IMG/VR virus record: IMGVR_UViG_3300028610_001314
DNA: 64,000 bases
Source of the DNA: a virus
Strand: one strand, 5' to 3'
Shown: piece by piece, positions 29,701 to 39,116 of the stretch
Layout: each line of letters begins with the position of its first letter
How positions within the stretch are numbered: position 1 is the first letter of the stretch
The notes under the pieces: generated by a model
The model's input: the letters and a program-made list of their open reading frames with translations, nothing else
Databases searched by the model: none
What the model was told of the DNA's origin: nothing
Made by a program: the position numbers and the translations under genes

Positions 29701-30990
29701 TCGGAACCTGATATTCTCAACCAAGGCGTTTAAACCGTTGATGGTCAGGCATGTACCGCTAGCAGAAGCTACCGTCCAAAGCACACCTTCAGGGCTATTA
29801 CCACAACCCTTAATATGAACGCCGTTGACTCCAGCAGCTATGACTACATCCTCACTATAATCGCTGGTCTGAGCTACGGCAGAAGTTCCGAGGATCTTGA
29901 CAGTATCATTGTCGCCGCAAAGTGTAACAGCAGCCTGAATGGTTGTTACAGCAGTTTCCCATGTCTTACCATCCCCACCAACAGTGGCAGCACTATTAAC
30001 ATGCCAGTTATATCCACCCCTGGAATTAGCATGAGTCTTTTCCACATCTTCTGCGGGAAATGCCTCATCCGGGCCTTGATCGGTAAAATCATTCCACCGG
30101 TTACGAGACATCTCAAGACCACCAGCATCTATCGCTGTTACCTTGGAATCCGTAATAGCTAAGTTTCGGACAATCTTACCAGTTGAAGTTGTACCACTAA
30201 CCTGAATGGCGTGTTGACCGGATGAAAGGTTGACGATCTCGTTGTCGTGCATTTCACAATGAACCTGAGCGTCTCCGACTGAAGGAATATCAATACCGGC
30301 TAAAGCGAAATAACCGTAGATATTGTTATTATCAACTGTAACACCAACCTCATCTTTGGCAAAGTTAATTGCGGAATTGTAATTACCATCAGTAGATGTG
30401 TAGAATTTACAGTCATGGATATGGCATCGGTCGGCTTCATTGTCACTGGTCACGCCGATTGTGATAAAGTTGAGCCCGGTTGCCGTACCCTCCCTGAATT
30501 CGCAATTTGAGATTTCAGCATCGTCACCGGTCACTTCAATCATCATGGCCTGAGATGCAATATTACATTTAAAGACCAGGTTTTCGATCAGGACATTCGC
30601 CGCTGCGATTTTAAAATCAGCGGTCGTTAAAGTTGTGAAAGTAAGGATGGGTCGATCTTCACCGTTCCCCAAGCCAATAATGTTAAGACCGGCAACGTCA
30701 ATATCTACCGCAGAATCAGCGGCAAGATTTTCTGTGTGGTTGGGTAATACATATATCGTATCCCCACGATTAGCGCCATTATCAACACCGGCAGCAGTAA
30801 TAGCCGCATCAATGGTTGTGTGAATATATTCGCTTTTAACCCTCGCCCTAATCCAAGTAGACATTGCCGTAGCAGCGCCCTTGATTACATAGCGAGGATT
30901 GCCGGACAACGGCCCCCTCGCCCCTAAACCTTGAATTTTCGACAGAGAAATAGCTGCCGATTTATGAACGTTTTTATCTCGAATAGTCAT
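26713..30990 (-). CDS. 1425 aa protein of five tandem parallel beta-helix (pectate-lyase-like) modules
   Basis: Recurrent module start (F/W)..D......GDG.(S/T)W..A.KT...A plus right-handed beta-helix coils (I.NC.F, .DC.F). Confidence 0.75.
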   Translation of the reverse strand: MTIRDKNVHKSAAISLSKIQGLGARGPLSGNPRYVIKGAATAMSTWIRARVKSEYIHTTIDAAITAAGVDNGANRGDTIYVLPNHTENLAADSAVDIDVAGLNIIGLGNGEDRPILTFTTLTTADFKIAAANVLIENLVFKCNIASQAMMIEVTGDDAEISNCEFREGTATGLNFITIGVTSDNEADRCHIHDCKFYTSTDGNYNSAINFAKDEVGVTVDNNNIYGYFALAGIDIPSVGDAQVHCEMHDNEIVNLSSGQHAIQVSGTTSTGKIVRNLAITDSKVTAIDAGGLEMSRNRWNDFTDQGPDEAFPAEDVEKTHANSRGGYNWHVNSAATVGGDGKTWETAVTTIQAAVTLCGDNDTVKILGTSAVAQTSDYSEDVVIAAGVNGVHIKGCGNSPEGVLWTVASASGTCLTINGLNALVENIRFRPNGATGRAIFLAKNTLLTSNAAGTIIRKCTFRSTSSDSVGIQSEGANDITVEDCVFKECTYAFYLVSSANAVMYRLRFRHNYIDQNCTNGIVVDCTDSFIHDNHFGDGLTAVINTWNTGDPTAKRNAIYNNNLTTYQMMSLCTITSTDDYSGEQEVIALPKGQSGTFWVDSDRTTSGLGTSPNTAVKTVAEAITAIGSTTHCTVYIKKGIYTEAAVIDLAVEGTILRGQNKTGDMWGTTSIKATASHTIMSVNANECEIHDLSFIQNTANPIITVANTATCYKTIIRDCHFNGNGTHTYGVNVGGTGIGGDGIDTHVEGCTFVGCVTVGFYMYGTRCVARNNLFIIASSAIAIEYPQGGGARPVGRIIGNTIRGFTLGDTGIKLPGAAISTSHLDISGNHVTNCATPITLAKYTTWYDGNYWGVDDDKYHSMSDSDKHPGRVFFCDSDVTTGGDGRSWASAFKTFTAAIAVATTRNDTIYMAAANACYEEANTVDITTIGLQVIGMGNKDPNHAKAMFLAPTNTGHLMTINAHEVWIDNICFNGPDDTKDAVRICTTEEFFKIKFTNCKFDSTDGEYGIKADDTYDAPDLVIENCHFRYWVTCALYLNTTRAKVLNCQFMTLASATGIELAQDTDGRPDLVLENNTIIGVDSSDTGIKITNTPNEGTFTMVGNRVINCETPVTLSKFTSWYDNNYWGTEDWRYHAGHGKEAAMARGADGNIFYADGNIATTGLDGRCWASAYKTLTEVLAIAHADVAANRNWARRNTIYCIADTFTEDLTKLSQKTDIVGLGSYNHNQKPGLTGTHIIEDADYYGCRWYNFWFRENATNPIFVLTPKCGGIEFHECEFDGTAGLATHAINITTRCPSLIVDNCDLIGKTGGGFTTAAIAFGVGQSNTVQIKNNRISAAGVGILTVSTSEFGFDSFVLDNVINTVGKCINDPSGIMPLHIIGNRCIVDTNNGSGTAYTWTNKLALDNVITSADNETHRVPDLDSDA

Positions 30991-31048
30991 TTGGTCCTCC
31001 TTTTACAGTTACCCCCTGCGACATGCAGGATACTGAAGGATGTTAAGG

Positions 31049-31279
31049 TTAGTCTTTGGAAATCCAGCCATCTTCGATTCTGCCATCACCGCCACAGTCA
31101 GGGCAAGATTCACTTCCGTCATGGGAAGCCTTCGACCCTGTTCCCGTACAATGTGAACATTTACGATACTTGTTTTTATCCAACTCAACAGCGGTTTTAA
31201 CTTCATTAATCTTGGCTTCCAGATCGTCACATTTATTTAAAACATCTTGGATTTTGTCTATTACATCTTGTTCGGACAT
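31049..31279 (-). CDS. Small protein with DnaJ-type zinc finger
   Basis: CSHCTGTG...CPDCGGDG after a short coiled coil. Confidence 0.65.
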   Translation of the reverse strand: MSEQDVIDKIQDVLNKCDDLEAKINEVKTAVELDKNKYRKCSHCTGTGSKASHDGSESCPDCGGDGRIEDGWISKD

Positions 31280-31290
31280 TTTGTACTCCA

Positions 31291-31310
31291 GGGAAGGGTT
31301 GCCCCTTCCC
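31291..31310 (-). other. GNRA-tetraloop hairpin GGGAAGGG-GCAA-CCCTTCCC
   Basis: 8-bp perfect stem just upstream of the GGAG RBS of 31049..31279. Confidence 0.6.
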
Positions 31311-31332
31311 GTTTAAGGTTAATTAAATAGGC

Positions 31333-32307
31333 TTATATGGCATATTCCCAAGCAGGAACACCGGCACCAATTGAAACGATGTTGCCCATAGTGTTATAAT
31401 TGGCAAAGCCACTAATTCCGTCAGTGCCAGCCTTGATGTTATTATAATGAATCAGGGTTAGGCTATCTTCCCCCTGTAACTGCCGGATTCCGTATTCAAT
31501 TGGTCCACCCGGGGCCTGCATACTGGCCATTGTGTTATACGAAATCAGAGAGCCCTGGTTGTTTGAATTGCCGGTCAACAGGTTGATTCCGCGCTTATGG
31601 CACATGAACATATTGTTAAAGATATGACTTCGTTGGAACAATCGTTGCGCCTGATTGGTAGTACTATCGGCATACACGCCGAAATTAATCCCGCAATCAA
31701 GTTCATACGTTTTGCTGGTTCCACCAAAGTAACAGTTAGCAATCAAACTGTCTCGTATGTATTCCCACGTTGCCGAACCTGCCTCGCCACGGCCACCAAT
31801 CTGTAGCCCGATTCTGCCATCAGGTGAAGCTGTTTGACCATAAAACCCACAATCTATGATTGCAGAACTGATCATTGTTTGGTCTACGTGAAACGCTTCC
31901 ACGGCATCGACAGTGCTGGTATTGCAATAAAAGTCTATACCGCTGATTGTTGAATTTGACAAAGCCCCACTGTAGCATTGTTCATTGGCTGACGCTTGAA
32001 CAATGGGTCTTTTCATCCCACCAGAAGAAACACCACGGAGCCATACATCTGCAAGATCCTTCTCAATAAACTCCGTATATGTTCCCGGCAAAACGAAAAT
32101 CACATCGCCAAGATCTTCAGTTTCCAATGCCTGGACTGTGAGTGCTCGGCTAATAGTTAAGAACGCATTTTCAACCGACAGCCCATCCCAGGAGTCCGAC
32201 CCGGTTTTCTTAACATAATAGGTCTTGCCGAATGTAGGCATGGCCGGGATCACATAGTTAATATAATTTTGTAGGCTTTTAGCTAAACTTCTGTATTTTA
32301 TACCCAT
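31333..32307 (-). CDS. Single-module beta-helix protein (capsid fibre/decoration candidate)
   Basis: TYYVKKTGSDSWDGLSVENAFLTISRAL...GDVIFVLPGTYTE; paralogous to modules of 26713..30990; directly after MCP. Confidence 0.7.
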   Translation of the reverse strand: MGIKYRSLAKSLQNYINYVIPAMPTFGKTYYVKKTGSDSWDGLSVENAFLTISRALTVQALETEDLGDVIFVLPGTYTEFIEKDLADVWLRGVSSGGMKRPIVQASANEQCYSGALSNSTISGIDFYCNTSTVDAVEAFHVDQTMISSAIIDCGFYGQTASPDGRIGLQIGGRGEAGSATWEYIRDSLIANCYFGGTSKTYELDCGINFGVYADSTTNQAQRLFQRSHIFNNMFMCHKRGINLLTGNSNNQGSLISYNTMASMQAPGGPIEYGIRQLQGEDSLTLIHYNNIKAGTDGISGFANYNTMGNIVSIGAGVPAWEYAI

Positions 32308-32332
32308 TTTCTTTAATCCTCCCTTATAAACC

Positions 32333-32359
32333 CCCCGGGAGTGGATTAGACCCCCGGGG
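32333..32359 (-). terminator. Hairpin after major capsid gene, probable leaky terminator
   Basis: 10-bp stem CCCCGGGGGT/ACTCCCGGGG, loop CTAATCC, weak GGTTTAT tail. Confidence 0.55.
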
Positions 32360-32383
32360 TACGTGGGTTAAGTTAAGTTGTTT

Positions 32384-33718
32384 TTACCAAGGAGCGTTTG
32401 CAGGCTCGGTCAAATCCTTAAGTAAAGTAAGGGCTTGGCGTTCCTCTACGCCTAAATTAGTATACGTGCGGAGAAACATGGTCGCCTGATCGTAATCAGG
32501 TCTCCAGTGCATTTTGTTCGGATCGAACCCGCCCCAGCCAATCGGAGTCAGTTCGTACTTCTTGATGGTCTTTTTGGGTTCGAAGTAGATCTGATTCGGC
32601 TGAGTTACCGGGTCAACGAACATCTCAACAGCGGCATTCTGGCTGAATGACAGAACCTCATACCCGCCCTTGAGTTCCTTCGGTGAAAAACGGATATCCG
32701 GGGCCAACAGACCGAAATACTTCCGGCGCTGTCCGAGTCCCAATCTTATACAATTAACCGGAGTGTGAGACCGTGCGGCACTCATGTCCATGGCCGCAAG
32801 CATAAGGTCGATGGAAAGCTCACGGTTTACATTGGCGTTTCTCATGACGTTGGCTTTAAATTCCGGGTCACTCGTAATGGTAATGCCCTCGAAAGTAGCC
32901 AAATTTGTACCATCGTCAAACATTCCGTCTAGGCCAGTAAGTTCTCTGGAAGTTCCCGTTGTGAGATGAGCGGCCAGCCTTGCACCGTAGCGCACCAAGA
33001 ATGACCCGCTTGCCTGGGTGCTTGCCGCATTGGTGTACGGCGAAGTCCGGGCGGCTGCGATGGGGTGATATGCCCTATAAGCATCCGCAGCCTGCTCAAA
33101 CGTAACAACCTTTGTGATCGGATTAATCGAGCTAATCCTGACAGATGATGCTGATGTTGATAAGGTCGTGGAAGTATAAAAATCGCAGATCATACCTTTT
33201 TTCATGTATCGAGTTCCGCGATCATTATCGAACGCAGCGGTCCATGTTCCAGAACCGTCCGTATCAGGCGTACACACTGCCGAAGTCGTTCCCAGTAAAC
33301 CCCAACCATCTCCATGACACTGACGGTTAAGATCGTTTACCAGTGAGTTATAGGCGTTCATGGTCGCGTCTGTCTGTGCGTTCACGAAAGCCATCTGATC
33401 ACTTTTGCCGGCCTCGATTGCAAGGCCCGACATTCTGATCACGGCGTAAATCAGTCGGGGGGTGATAATCCCCTGTACACCGTCACCGGGCAGAGGTTCG
33501 GGCAGAATAGCGTTTTCTACACGGCCACCGACGCCCTCAACATCTCCCTGCCTGGTTGAAAAATAAAATCCCGTACCACCGGGTCGAATCTCGGCTTTCC
33601 GCGGGGATTCATCGAACTGATTATATGTCATTGTATGACGCGCAAACAGGTCGGTAATCAGTTTCCCGTATACCTGCTTGAACTGATACGTCAATGCTGA
33701 TGTATCAAGTACACCCAT
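32384..33718 (-). CDS. Major capsid protein
   Basis: 444 aa after scaffold; AYNSLVNDLNRQCHGDG, ELTGLDGM, ELSIDLM motifs of HK97-fold coat proteins; downstream hairpin. Confidence 0.85.
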   Translation of the reverse strand: MGVLDTSALTYQFKQVYGKLITDLFARHTMTYNQFDESPRKAEIRPGGTGFYFSTRQGDVEGVGGRVENAILPEPLPGDGVQGIITPRLIYAVIRMSGLAIEAGKSDQMAFVNAQTDATMNAYNSLVNDLNRQCHGDGWGLLGTTSAVCTPDTDGSGTWTAAFDNDRGTRYMKKGMICDFYTSTTLSTSASSVRISSINPITKVVTFEQAADAYRAYHPIAAARTSPYTNAASTQASGSFLVRYGARLAAHLTTGTSRELTGLDGMFDDGTNLATFEGITITSDPEFKANVMRNANVNRELSIDLMLAAMDMSAARSHTPVNCIRLGLGQRRKYFGLLAPDIRFSPKELKGGYEVLSFSQNAAVEMFVDPVTQPNQIYFEPKKTIKKYELTPIGWGGFDPNKMHWRPDYDQATMFLRTYTNLGVEERQALTLLKDLTEPANAPW

Positions 33719-33743
33719 AGTATTTATTTATCTCCTTAATGAA

Positions 33744-34682
33744 TTAAGGACTTACACCACCTTTAGCGAGTTCCAGAAGCACTTTGTTGGCTCTGGCAAA
33801 ACCTTCCTCAACACTTTCGTTTTCCGGAGCCTTTGTTTCTTTCACAACTTTCGTGCCTTCAGGAGTCTCGGTAGGAGAAATCGGGGTGAATTCCGATTTT
33901 CCGGCCGCATATTTGTCAATGGCATCCTGTTGAATGGCCTTGACGAAATCACCAAGCTTTTTCACACCGTTATCAGCCATAGCCTTGACTGCTTTTGAGT
34001 CGGAAATATCCACGGTGTTAAATGGATTCTCAACACCCAAAAGCATTTTTGCAATTTCAGCCGTATTGTCATCAAACCCTTGATTATCAACAACCTTTCC
34101 AACTCGGTCATTGAAATCTTTAACCAAAGTTTTGTTCTCTTCAAGCTGGTCAGTTTTGGCCTTTCTGCTGGCCTGGTCACTTTGAAGATCCTCATACGCT
34201 TTTTTGTACTTATCGGCTCGTTCATCCGGATCAAGACCTTCATCGGCCTCTCGGCGTTCTTTTTCTTCCCAAAATGCCAAGTTTTTTCGGTGTGTTTCGG
34301 CGTACTGTAAGTCCTGTGTTAGTTGATCTGCGTCCCTGGTCCCCAGGATATCTTTAAGGCTCTCACCTTTTTTTATCATCTCGGCAAGATCTTCAATACT
34401 TTCTAACCCGTGGGCTTCAAGAGTCTCGGTCAGACTTTTTTCGGCTGCCCGAGCTTTCAGCCACTTGGGGTCCTGGTCGTAGGGAGCTGCTTTTTCCTCT
34501 TGGTCTGGTTTTACTTCTGTTTCTGTTTCTTTGGAGGCAGCGGATTCCTCCATCTCATTTGCCGCTTTTACGATCTGTTCTGTAGTACTCAACTCGGTGG
34601 CTGGGGTTTCCACCTTCTGTTCTTGCCCCGTTTTTGCCTCGTCGGTTTGGGAACCCGACTCTTGCCCTGTTTCGATAGTCAT
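33744..34682 (-). CDS. Capsid scaffolding protein
   Basis: Acidic helical 312 aa between portal region and MCP. Confidence 0.75.
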   Translation of the reverse strand: MTIETGQESGSQTDEAKTGQEQKVETPATELSTTEQIVKAANEMEESAASKETETEVKPDQEEKAAPYDQDPKWLKARAAEKSLTETLEAHGLESIEDLAEMIKKGESLKDILGTRDADQLTQDLQYAETHRKNLAFWEEKERREADEGLDPDERADKYKKAYEDLQSDQASRKAKTDQLEENKTLVKDFNDRVGKVVDNQGFDDNTAEIAKMLLGVENPFNTVDISDSKAVKAMADNGVKKLGDFVKAIQQDAIDKYAAGKSEFTPISPTETPEGTKVVKETKAPENESVEEGFARANKVLLELAKGGVSP

Positions 34683-34760
34683 TTTGTTGCTCCTTTATTA
34701 AGGCAACCCAAGAGGTTTAAGGAGATAAACACCAGAGATTGCAAGGGTTATAAGTTAATA

Positions 34761-34991
34761 TTATCTTCCAAATTCTTTTTCAAGACGCTTTAAATCCTCT
34801 TTTATTGTTTTCTTCACAGGACGGCTTTTTACTCGGTCATATGGCCCACCCTCTCTGTTCGTACCAAACAATACATCCAAGACAGCATCCTTAATAGTGG
34901 TCTTGCTTTTCTTTTCCAGCTTCTTCTTTTTCTTAGGCTTTGACTTCTTGTAAACCCGTTTATATTTATAGGCCTCTCTTAAGGTCGGCAT
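34761..34991 (-). CDS. Small basic hypothetical protein
   Basis: K-rich 76 aa, coupled to upstream gene. Confidence 0.5.
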   Translation of the reverse strand: MPTLREAYKYKRVYKKSKPKKKKKLEKKSKTTIKDAVLDVLFGTNREGGPYDRVKSRPVKKTIKEDLKRLEKEFGR

Positions 34992-35332
34992 TAGTATTTA
35001 GAATCCTTTATAATATTAACAATATCCCTCAGATTTTTGGCCTTCGGACGTTGTTTCATGGCCAGGTCTGTAATCTGAAGGGAAACATCGGCATGGGAAT
35101 TGTTTTCGTTTACCGATTCGCTCAGGCTTACAACTTCTGCCTCACAAACCAAGTCAACTTTCCCGCCGATAGAGAAATCATCAACATCCAGGCCAAGGCT
35201 CTCAAGGCTTTCTTTTTCGAGACGAATTCTTAATCCGTATGGATAATCTTCGCCCTCCATTGAGTCAACCGCCATAGTTTCCTCGTACTCTTTCTTTTCC
35301 TTCTTGGTTCGTTTCATGCTTTGGAGTTTCAT
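34991..35332 (-). CDS. Head-associated protein (capsid-staple-like)
   Basis: YPYGLRIRLE.ESLESLGL...VSLQITDLA motif; directly after portal. Confidence 0.6.
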   Translation of the reverse strand: MKLQSMKRTKKEKKEYEETMAVDSMEGEDYPYGLRIRLEKESLESLGLDVDDFSIGGKVDLVCEAEVVSLSESVNENNSHADVSLQITDLAMKQRPKAKNLRDIVNIIKDSKY

Positions 35333-37444
35333 TTATGCCTCCGCTGATACCGCCGCAACATTCTCTTTACCGGGGCTTTGTGTCCCTGTGCTTGCAGCTT
35401 CTTTTTCTTTGTCACCATATTTAAGCTCTGCCATTTGTGCGGCTCTCTCCATTTCTGCTTGTTCCTGGGCCTGAATCTCGTAATGATGCATATCGGTATG
35501 ATTAATAAGCACTTTTTGATTAGCTACCGGCCAATCTTTAAAGTCTGGATTTAAAATAACTTTGGTGTGATTGTCATAATGTACCTGATGATTGTCGTAT
35601 TTGTAATAAGGATCATTGCTTAGAACTTCCACTTCTTGAGTTTCTTCGTTAAGCTTGGCGAAAAACAAACCTTCAAGAACCGGTTCAATCCCGGTCCCTT
35701 CATCGGCATCAACTTCAATCTCTTTATCGGTTGCCTGAGAAGCCATGCTGTTTTCACGCCCGGCCCTTTCCTCATGTACAGCATTTACAACCGGCAACCA
35801 GGACATTCCAAGGCGCTTCATTATTTCATACTGTAATCTGGGGTTCTCGGGTATGGCTCCGAAAAAGCCTTGTTCGATCAGTTTCATAATAAATTGGTTC
35901 TGGCCGGCATTTGTAGTCGCAACACCGCTGTCTTTTTCCATGCGTACATCGGTATTATCGTAAAGATCAGCACCTTTAAATGCTTTTATGAGAATTTCGT
36001 TCCCTTCCCCGGTCATTTTCAAAAGTCGTGTCTCTGTGATTAGTTCCTTTGCGAGAATCAATTGTTTCTTTTTAACCCGGTTCCAACTTCGATAAAATCT
36101 TTCTACGTCTGGGCTATGACTCATTTCAGCTGCTTCACGAAGTATGTCAACCATGATTCCGGATGCACCACTCGTAGGAGACTGACCCTTTAAAATATTC
36201 TTGGGATCTCCACCAGCATCTTGAATGTTTTCGATATTAAGTTTTCTTTCAGCCAATACCTGGTCGGGAAATGGGGTGCCTTTGACGACTTCGGGTTTTG
36301 ATCCATATGCCTGAGTAGCTTCATATTGTAGCACCAAAAGGGTTTGTCCTTGCTCTGACTGTCGTTTAAGAACAAGATCTGTTGGAGTTAATACATAGGG
36401 ACGGCCCAAGCTTGCACGATTAGAAGAAAAATCTTTGTCGATTTCGTTGATCATCTTCTGTGGACTGATCAGATCGTCTACGGAAGATGTTGCCCAGAAG
36501 CTTCCAGGGGTGTTATTATATTTAAAATCAGTAATGGTATAAAACCATTCGCCTTCATCATTTACCTTAATGGGCATTTTGGTCTCATTTTCTAAAACCT
36601 TACCGTCTGCTACAGCAACATACCTGCCTTTGGGATATTTTTTGGTAGGTCGATATTCAACTTCTTGGAAATATACTAAATCCTTGCTGTCCTTTTCAGT
36701 AAATGATCCTTGTTCTAAGCTGCGAGTTTTCCATGGACTGACATTCGCTACAAGGGTCATGAGCCGTTTTTCATATTCCAGGTCTATGCCGCCTACGCTG
36801 GCGGTACCCAATTTCACCTTGTAAGTATCTTCAACCCATTCTTTATCCTTTAAAGATCGAATTCCGACATAGCTTTTTTGTTTTAAGAGAACACCCAGGG
36901 AGGGAACCACTATGCTAAAGCCAATTATGTTTTCAATCGTAACCTCACCCTTGGATTGAACCTTTCCGTCTGCATCTGTAAAATATATTCCATTATCCAA
37001 ATTAGCATATGTTCTGATAAATGCATTCCCGGTCAAGATAAGCCACAGGGCTGCCCATTCCTTAATGTCTTCAATTTCATTGCAATTATCGTTATCAAGA
37101 GAACTCATGGCCATGCCTCCGAGTTTTGCAGCATCTTTATCTTTCTGGGTCTCGGAGTTAGGCCATATTCTGGCAGCATATTTTTTGTTGAGAATGAGGG
37201 CTTTCATTGAACGGACATGATCTCGGATCTTGTTGGCAACGGGGGTAAATTCGGCAGGATTAATAAAGGACGGTCCAAAACCACCCTGTTCTACAAACCA
37301 TGAAATCCATTGTTCCCCTAAATAAAACAGGATGTTTCTATACCATGTTAATTCCCGGATTGTTCTGGAATAGTCGGCATTATACCGGAATATGGTGGAA
37401 AAGTCTGTTAGGATTTCTGCATCATCTGGTTTAGATTTTGCCAT
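35333..37444 (-). CDS. Portal protein
   Basis: 703 aa; NKIRDHVR, D.AAKL, DDLISPQKMINE, SGIMVDIL motifs of podovirus-type portals; position. Confidence 0.9.
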   Translation of the reverse strand: MAKSKPDDAEILTDFSTIFRYNADYSRTIRELTWYRNILFYLGEQWISWFVEQGGFGPSFINPAEFTPVANKIRDHVRSMKALILNKKYAARIWPNSETQKDKDAAKLGGMAMSSLDNDNCNEIEDIKEWAALWLILTGNAFIRTYANLDNGIYFTDADGKVQSKGEVTIENIIGFSIVVPSLGVLLKQKSYVGIRSLKDKEWVEDTYKVKLGTASVGGIDLEYEKRLMTLVANVSPWKTRSLEQGSFTEKDSKDLVYFQEVEYRPTKKYPKGRYVAVADGKVLENETKMPIKVNDEGEWFYTITDFKYNNTPGSFWATSSVDDLISPQKMINEIDKDFSSNRASLGRPYVLTPTDLVLKRQSEQGQTLLVLQYEATQAYGSKPEVVKGTPFPDQVLAERKLNIENIQDAGGDPKNILKGQSPTSGASGIMVDILREAAEMSHSPDVERFYRSWNRVKKKQLILAKELITETRLLKMTGEGNEILIKAFKGADLYDNTDVRMEKDSGVATTNAGQNQFIMKLIEQGFFGAIPENPRLQYEIMKRLGMSWLPVVNAVHEERAGRENSMASQATDKEIEVDADEGTGIEPVLEGLFFAKLNEETQEVEVLSNDPYYKYDNHQVHYDNHTKVILNPDFKDWPVANQKVLINHTDMHHYEIQAQEQAEMERAAQMAELKYGDKEKEAASTGTQSPGKENVAAVSAEA

Positions 37445-37464
37445 TATGTCCTTGCCTTGGGCAC

Positions 37465-37529
37465 AAAAAAAGCGAGTAGCATGGACGGTGAACCGAATTT
37501 GTCACCGCATGGAGTCCATGCTACTCGCT
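37465..37529 (-). terminator. Strong intrinsic terminator in the portal leader
   Basis: 16-bp perfect stem AGCGAGTAGCATGGAC/GTCCATGCTACTCGCT with inner 5-bp stem, followed by T-tract, about 20 nt before portal ATG. Confidence 0.75.
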
Positions 37530-37726
37530 TAAATTTTGCATCCCCCGGTTAATTAGGCCGGGGTTAGCCCAAGTTTTTAGTTATGCATATATGTTGTCAA
37601 AATGCCTTTCGATATTGCATTTATTGCAAACTATTGTATTTCCAAACCGATAATTCTCTTCGGAAATATAAGTGTAATGAAAAATTCGACAATATAAAAT
37701 CCGCAACCATGATACATGCTTTATCA

Positions 37727-37990
37727 TTAAGTCACCGGAACTCTCACTTCATCTTTCTGAGCATCAATAAGCTTCTGAGCCTCGATCGCCAGATTGTTTT
37801 CAGCCTGAGTTTGCTTGAGCTTATCCTTAGCACTCGTTTTTTGCTCTTTATTATATAGGGCAAGTTCGCCCAAATTTCTTGAAATTAAAGCGGCTACTAG
37901 CTTGTCTTCGCGGTTTTTGGAGGCCCTTCTGTCATAAGCGTTCATCAATAACAGAAAGATTATGAATAGTATGAAAATGGAGGTTTCCAT
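37727..37990 (-). CDS. Small membrane-anchored protein
   Basis: N-terminal hydrophobic segment IFILFIIFLLLM. Confidence 0.6.
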   Translation of the reverse strand: METSIFILFIIFLLLMNAYDRRASKNREDKLVAALISRNLGELALYNKEQKTSAKDKLKQTQAENNLAIEAQKLIDAQKDEVRVPVT

Positions 37991-38027
37991 GATTAGTTTT
38001 TATCTGTACATGGAATTTAATGTTAAG

Positions 38028-38303
38028 TCAAGTGTTTTCCATGCGTCTAAATTCCCACGTTACACTTCCATCAGAATGTTTTTCAGCTATTATATTATAC
38101 TCTGGTATCAACCCATGCTCTTGGATTTCATCAAAATCATCAGAAATTGCTTGATATTTAATCGCATCATAATGGGGTTCGGGAGCTGCATGAACTATAA
38201 TACATCGTCCCATAATTTCTTTTGCAACCTCTGGATTGTCAACAATGAATATTCCTGATATTACAAACCATCCATACCGCATTGAACCGTATCTGAGTTT
38301 CAT
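38028..38303 (-). CDS. Hypothetical protein
   Basis: 91 aa, ATGA-coupled. Confidence 0.55.
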   Translation of the reverse strand: MKLRYGSMRYGWFVISGIFIVDNPEVAKEIMGRCIIVHAAPEPHYDAIKYQAISDDFDEIQEHGLIPEYNIIAEKHSDGSVTWEFRRMENT

Positions 38304-38665
38304 TTGTTTTCCCCCGCAAGAGCCTTGTCCAGAACGGCAAAAGCCTCATTCCAACCATCTGTATGTCCTCTGCGATATTCTTTCTTGATATTGGCATTTC
38401 TGTGGTGAGCTTTTTCAAAGCCTTCGGCGTAACCGTTCCGATAAGATTCAAATGAAATGCGCTCTACCATAGACAGTTTGCGAATTCGGCTAATTTTAAG
38501 ATAAACCCAGTAGTATGCGTTTCTAACCCACCTGACGACCTTGTTTAGAAGCAACGGATAACAAACACCAATGTCTCTGTCTGGTAAATAATATGAAACT
38601 CCGTATCCTCTTGGAATGATTCCACCCTGAGAAATTTCTATTCCTGAAATCAGTTTTTTAATCAT
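38300..38665 (-). CDS. Hypothetical protein
   Basis: 121 aa, operon context. Confidence 0.55.
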   Translation of the reverse strand: MIKKLISGIEISQGGIIPRGYGVSYYLPDRDIGVCYPLLLNKVVRWVRNAYYWVYLKISRIRKLSMVERISFESYRNGYAEGFEKAHHRNANIKKEYRRGHTDGWNEAFAVLDKALAGENK

Positions 38666-38668
38666 TTT

Positions 38669-38860
38669 TTACCTCATGTGGTGTGAAGGTGGATATTGGG
38701 TTAATTTGTAACAATAATTCTCTGGGCCAAAGTCTTGCATTTCAATTATAACCTCGTTAATATCATCGATTAGGATGGTTGCTGGAAGCTTTGGGCAATC
38801 ATACCCAACTCCTGTTATTTCGTCTGCATGAGTTTCTTCAACAGTTTGGCGTGTTTTCAT
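38669..38860 (-). CDS. Hypothetical protein
   Basis: 63 aa, operon context. Confidence 0.45.
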   Translation of the reverse strand: MKTRQTVEETHADEITGVGYDCPKLPATILIDDINEVIIEMQDFGPENYCYKLTQYPPSHHMR

Positions 38861-39116
38861 TTCGGGCCTCCTTCAACCTCCGTTTAATTTCACGCTCCCT
38901 GATTTCTTCGGGATATGGGATGTCTTGGTTGGTTCTGTGCTGTTTGCCAGCAAAAAGAGTTTTAATGTGAGCCTCTACCTCAGTCCTGACATCCTTCGCA
39001 AACCTTTCAATATTGCGAGTCAGATATTTTCCCCAAGGTGTCTTCGGTCCCGAAATCTTCACTGAACCATAGATTATTTTAGGATTAATTGGTTTCATAC
39101 TGTTTTGCCTTTCCAT
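38838..39116 (-). CDS. Hypothetical protein
   Basis: 92 aa, operon context; start uncertain. Confidence 0.45.
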   Translation of the reverse strand: MERQNSMKPINPKIIYGSVKISGPKTPWGKYLTRNIERFAKDVRTEVEAHIKTLFAGKQHRTNQDIPYPEEIREREIKRRLKEARNENTPNC

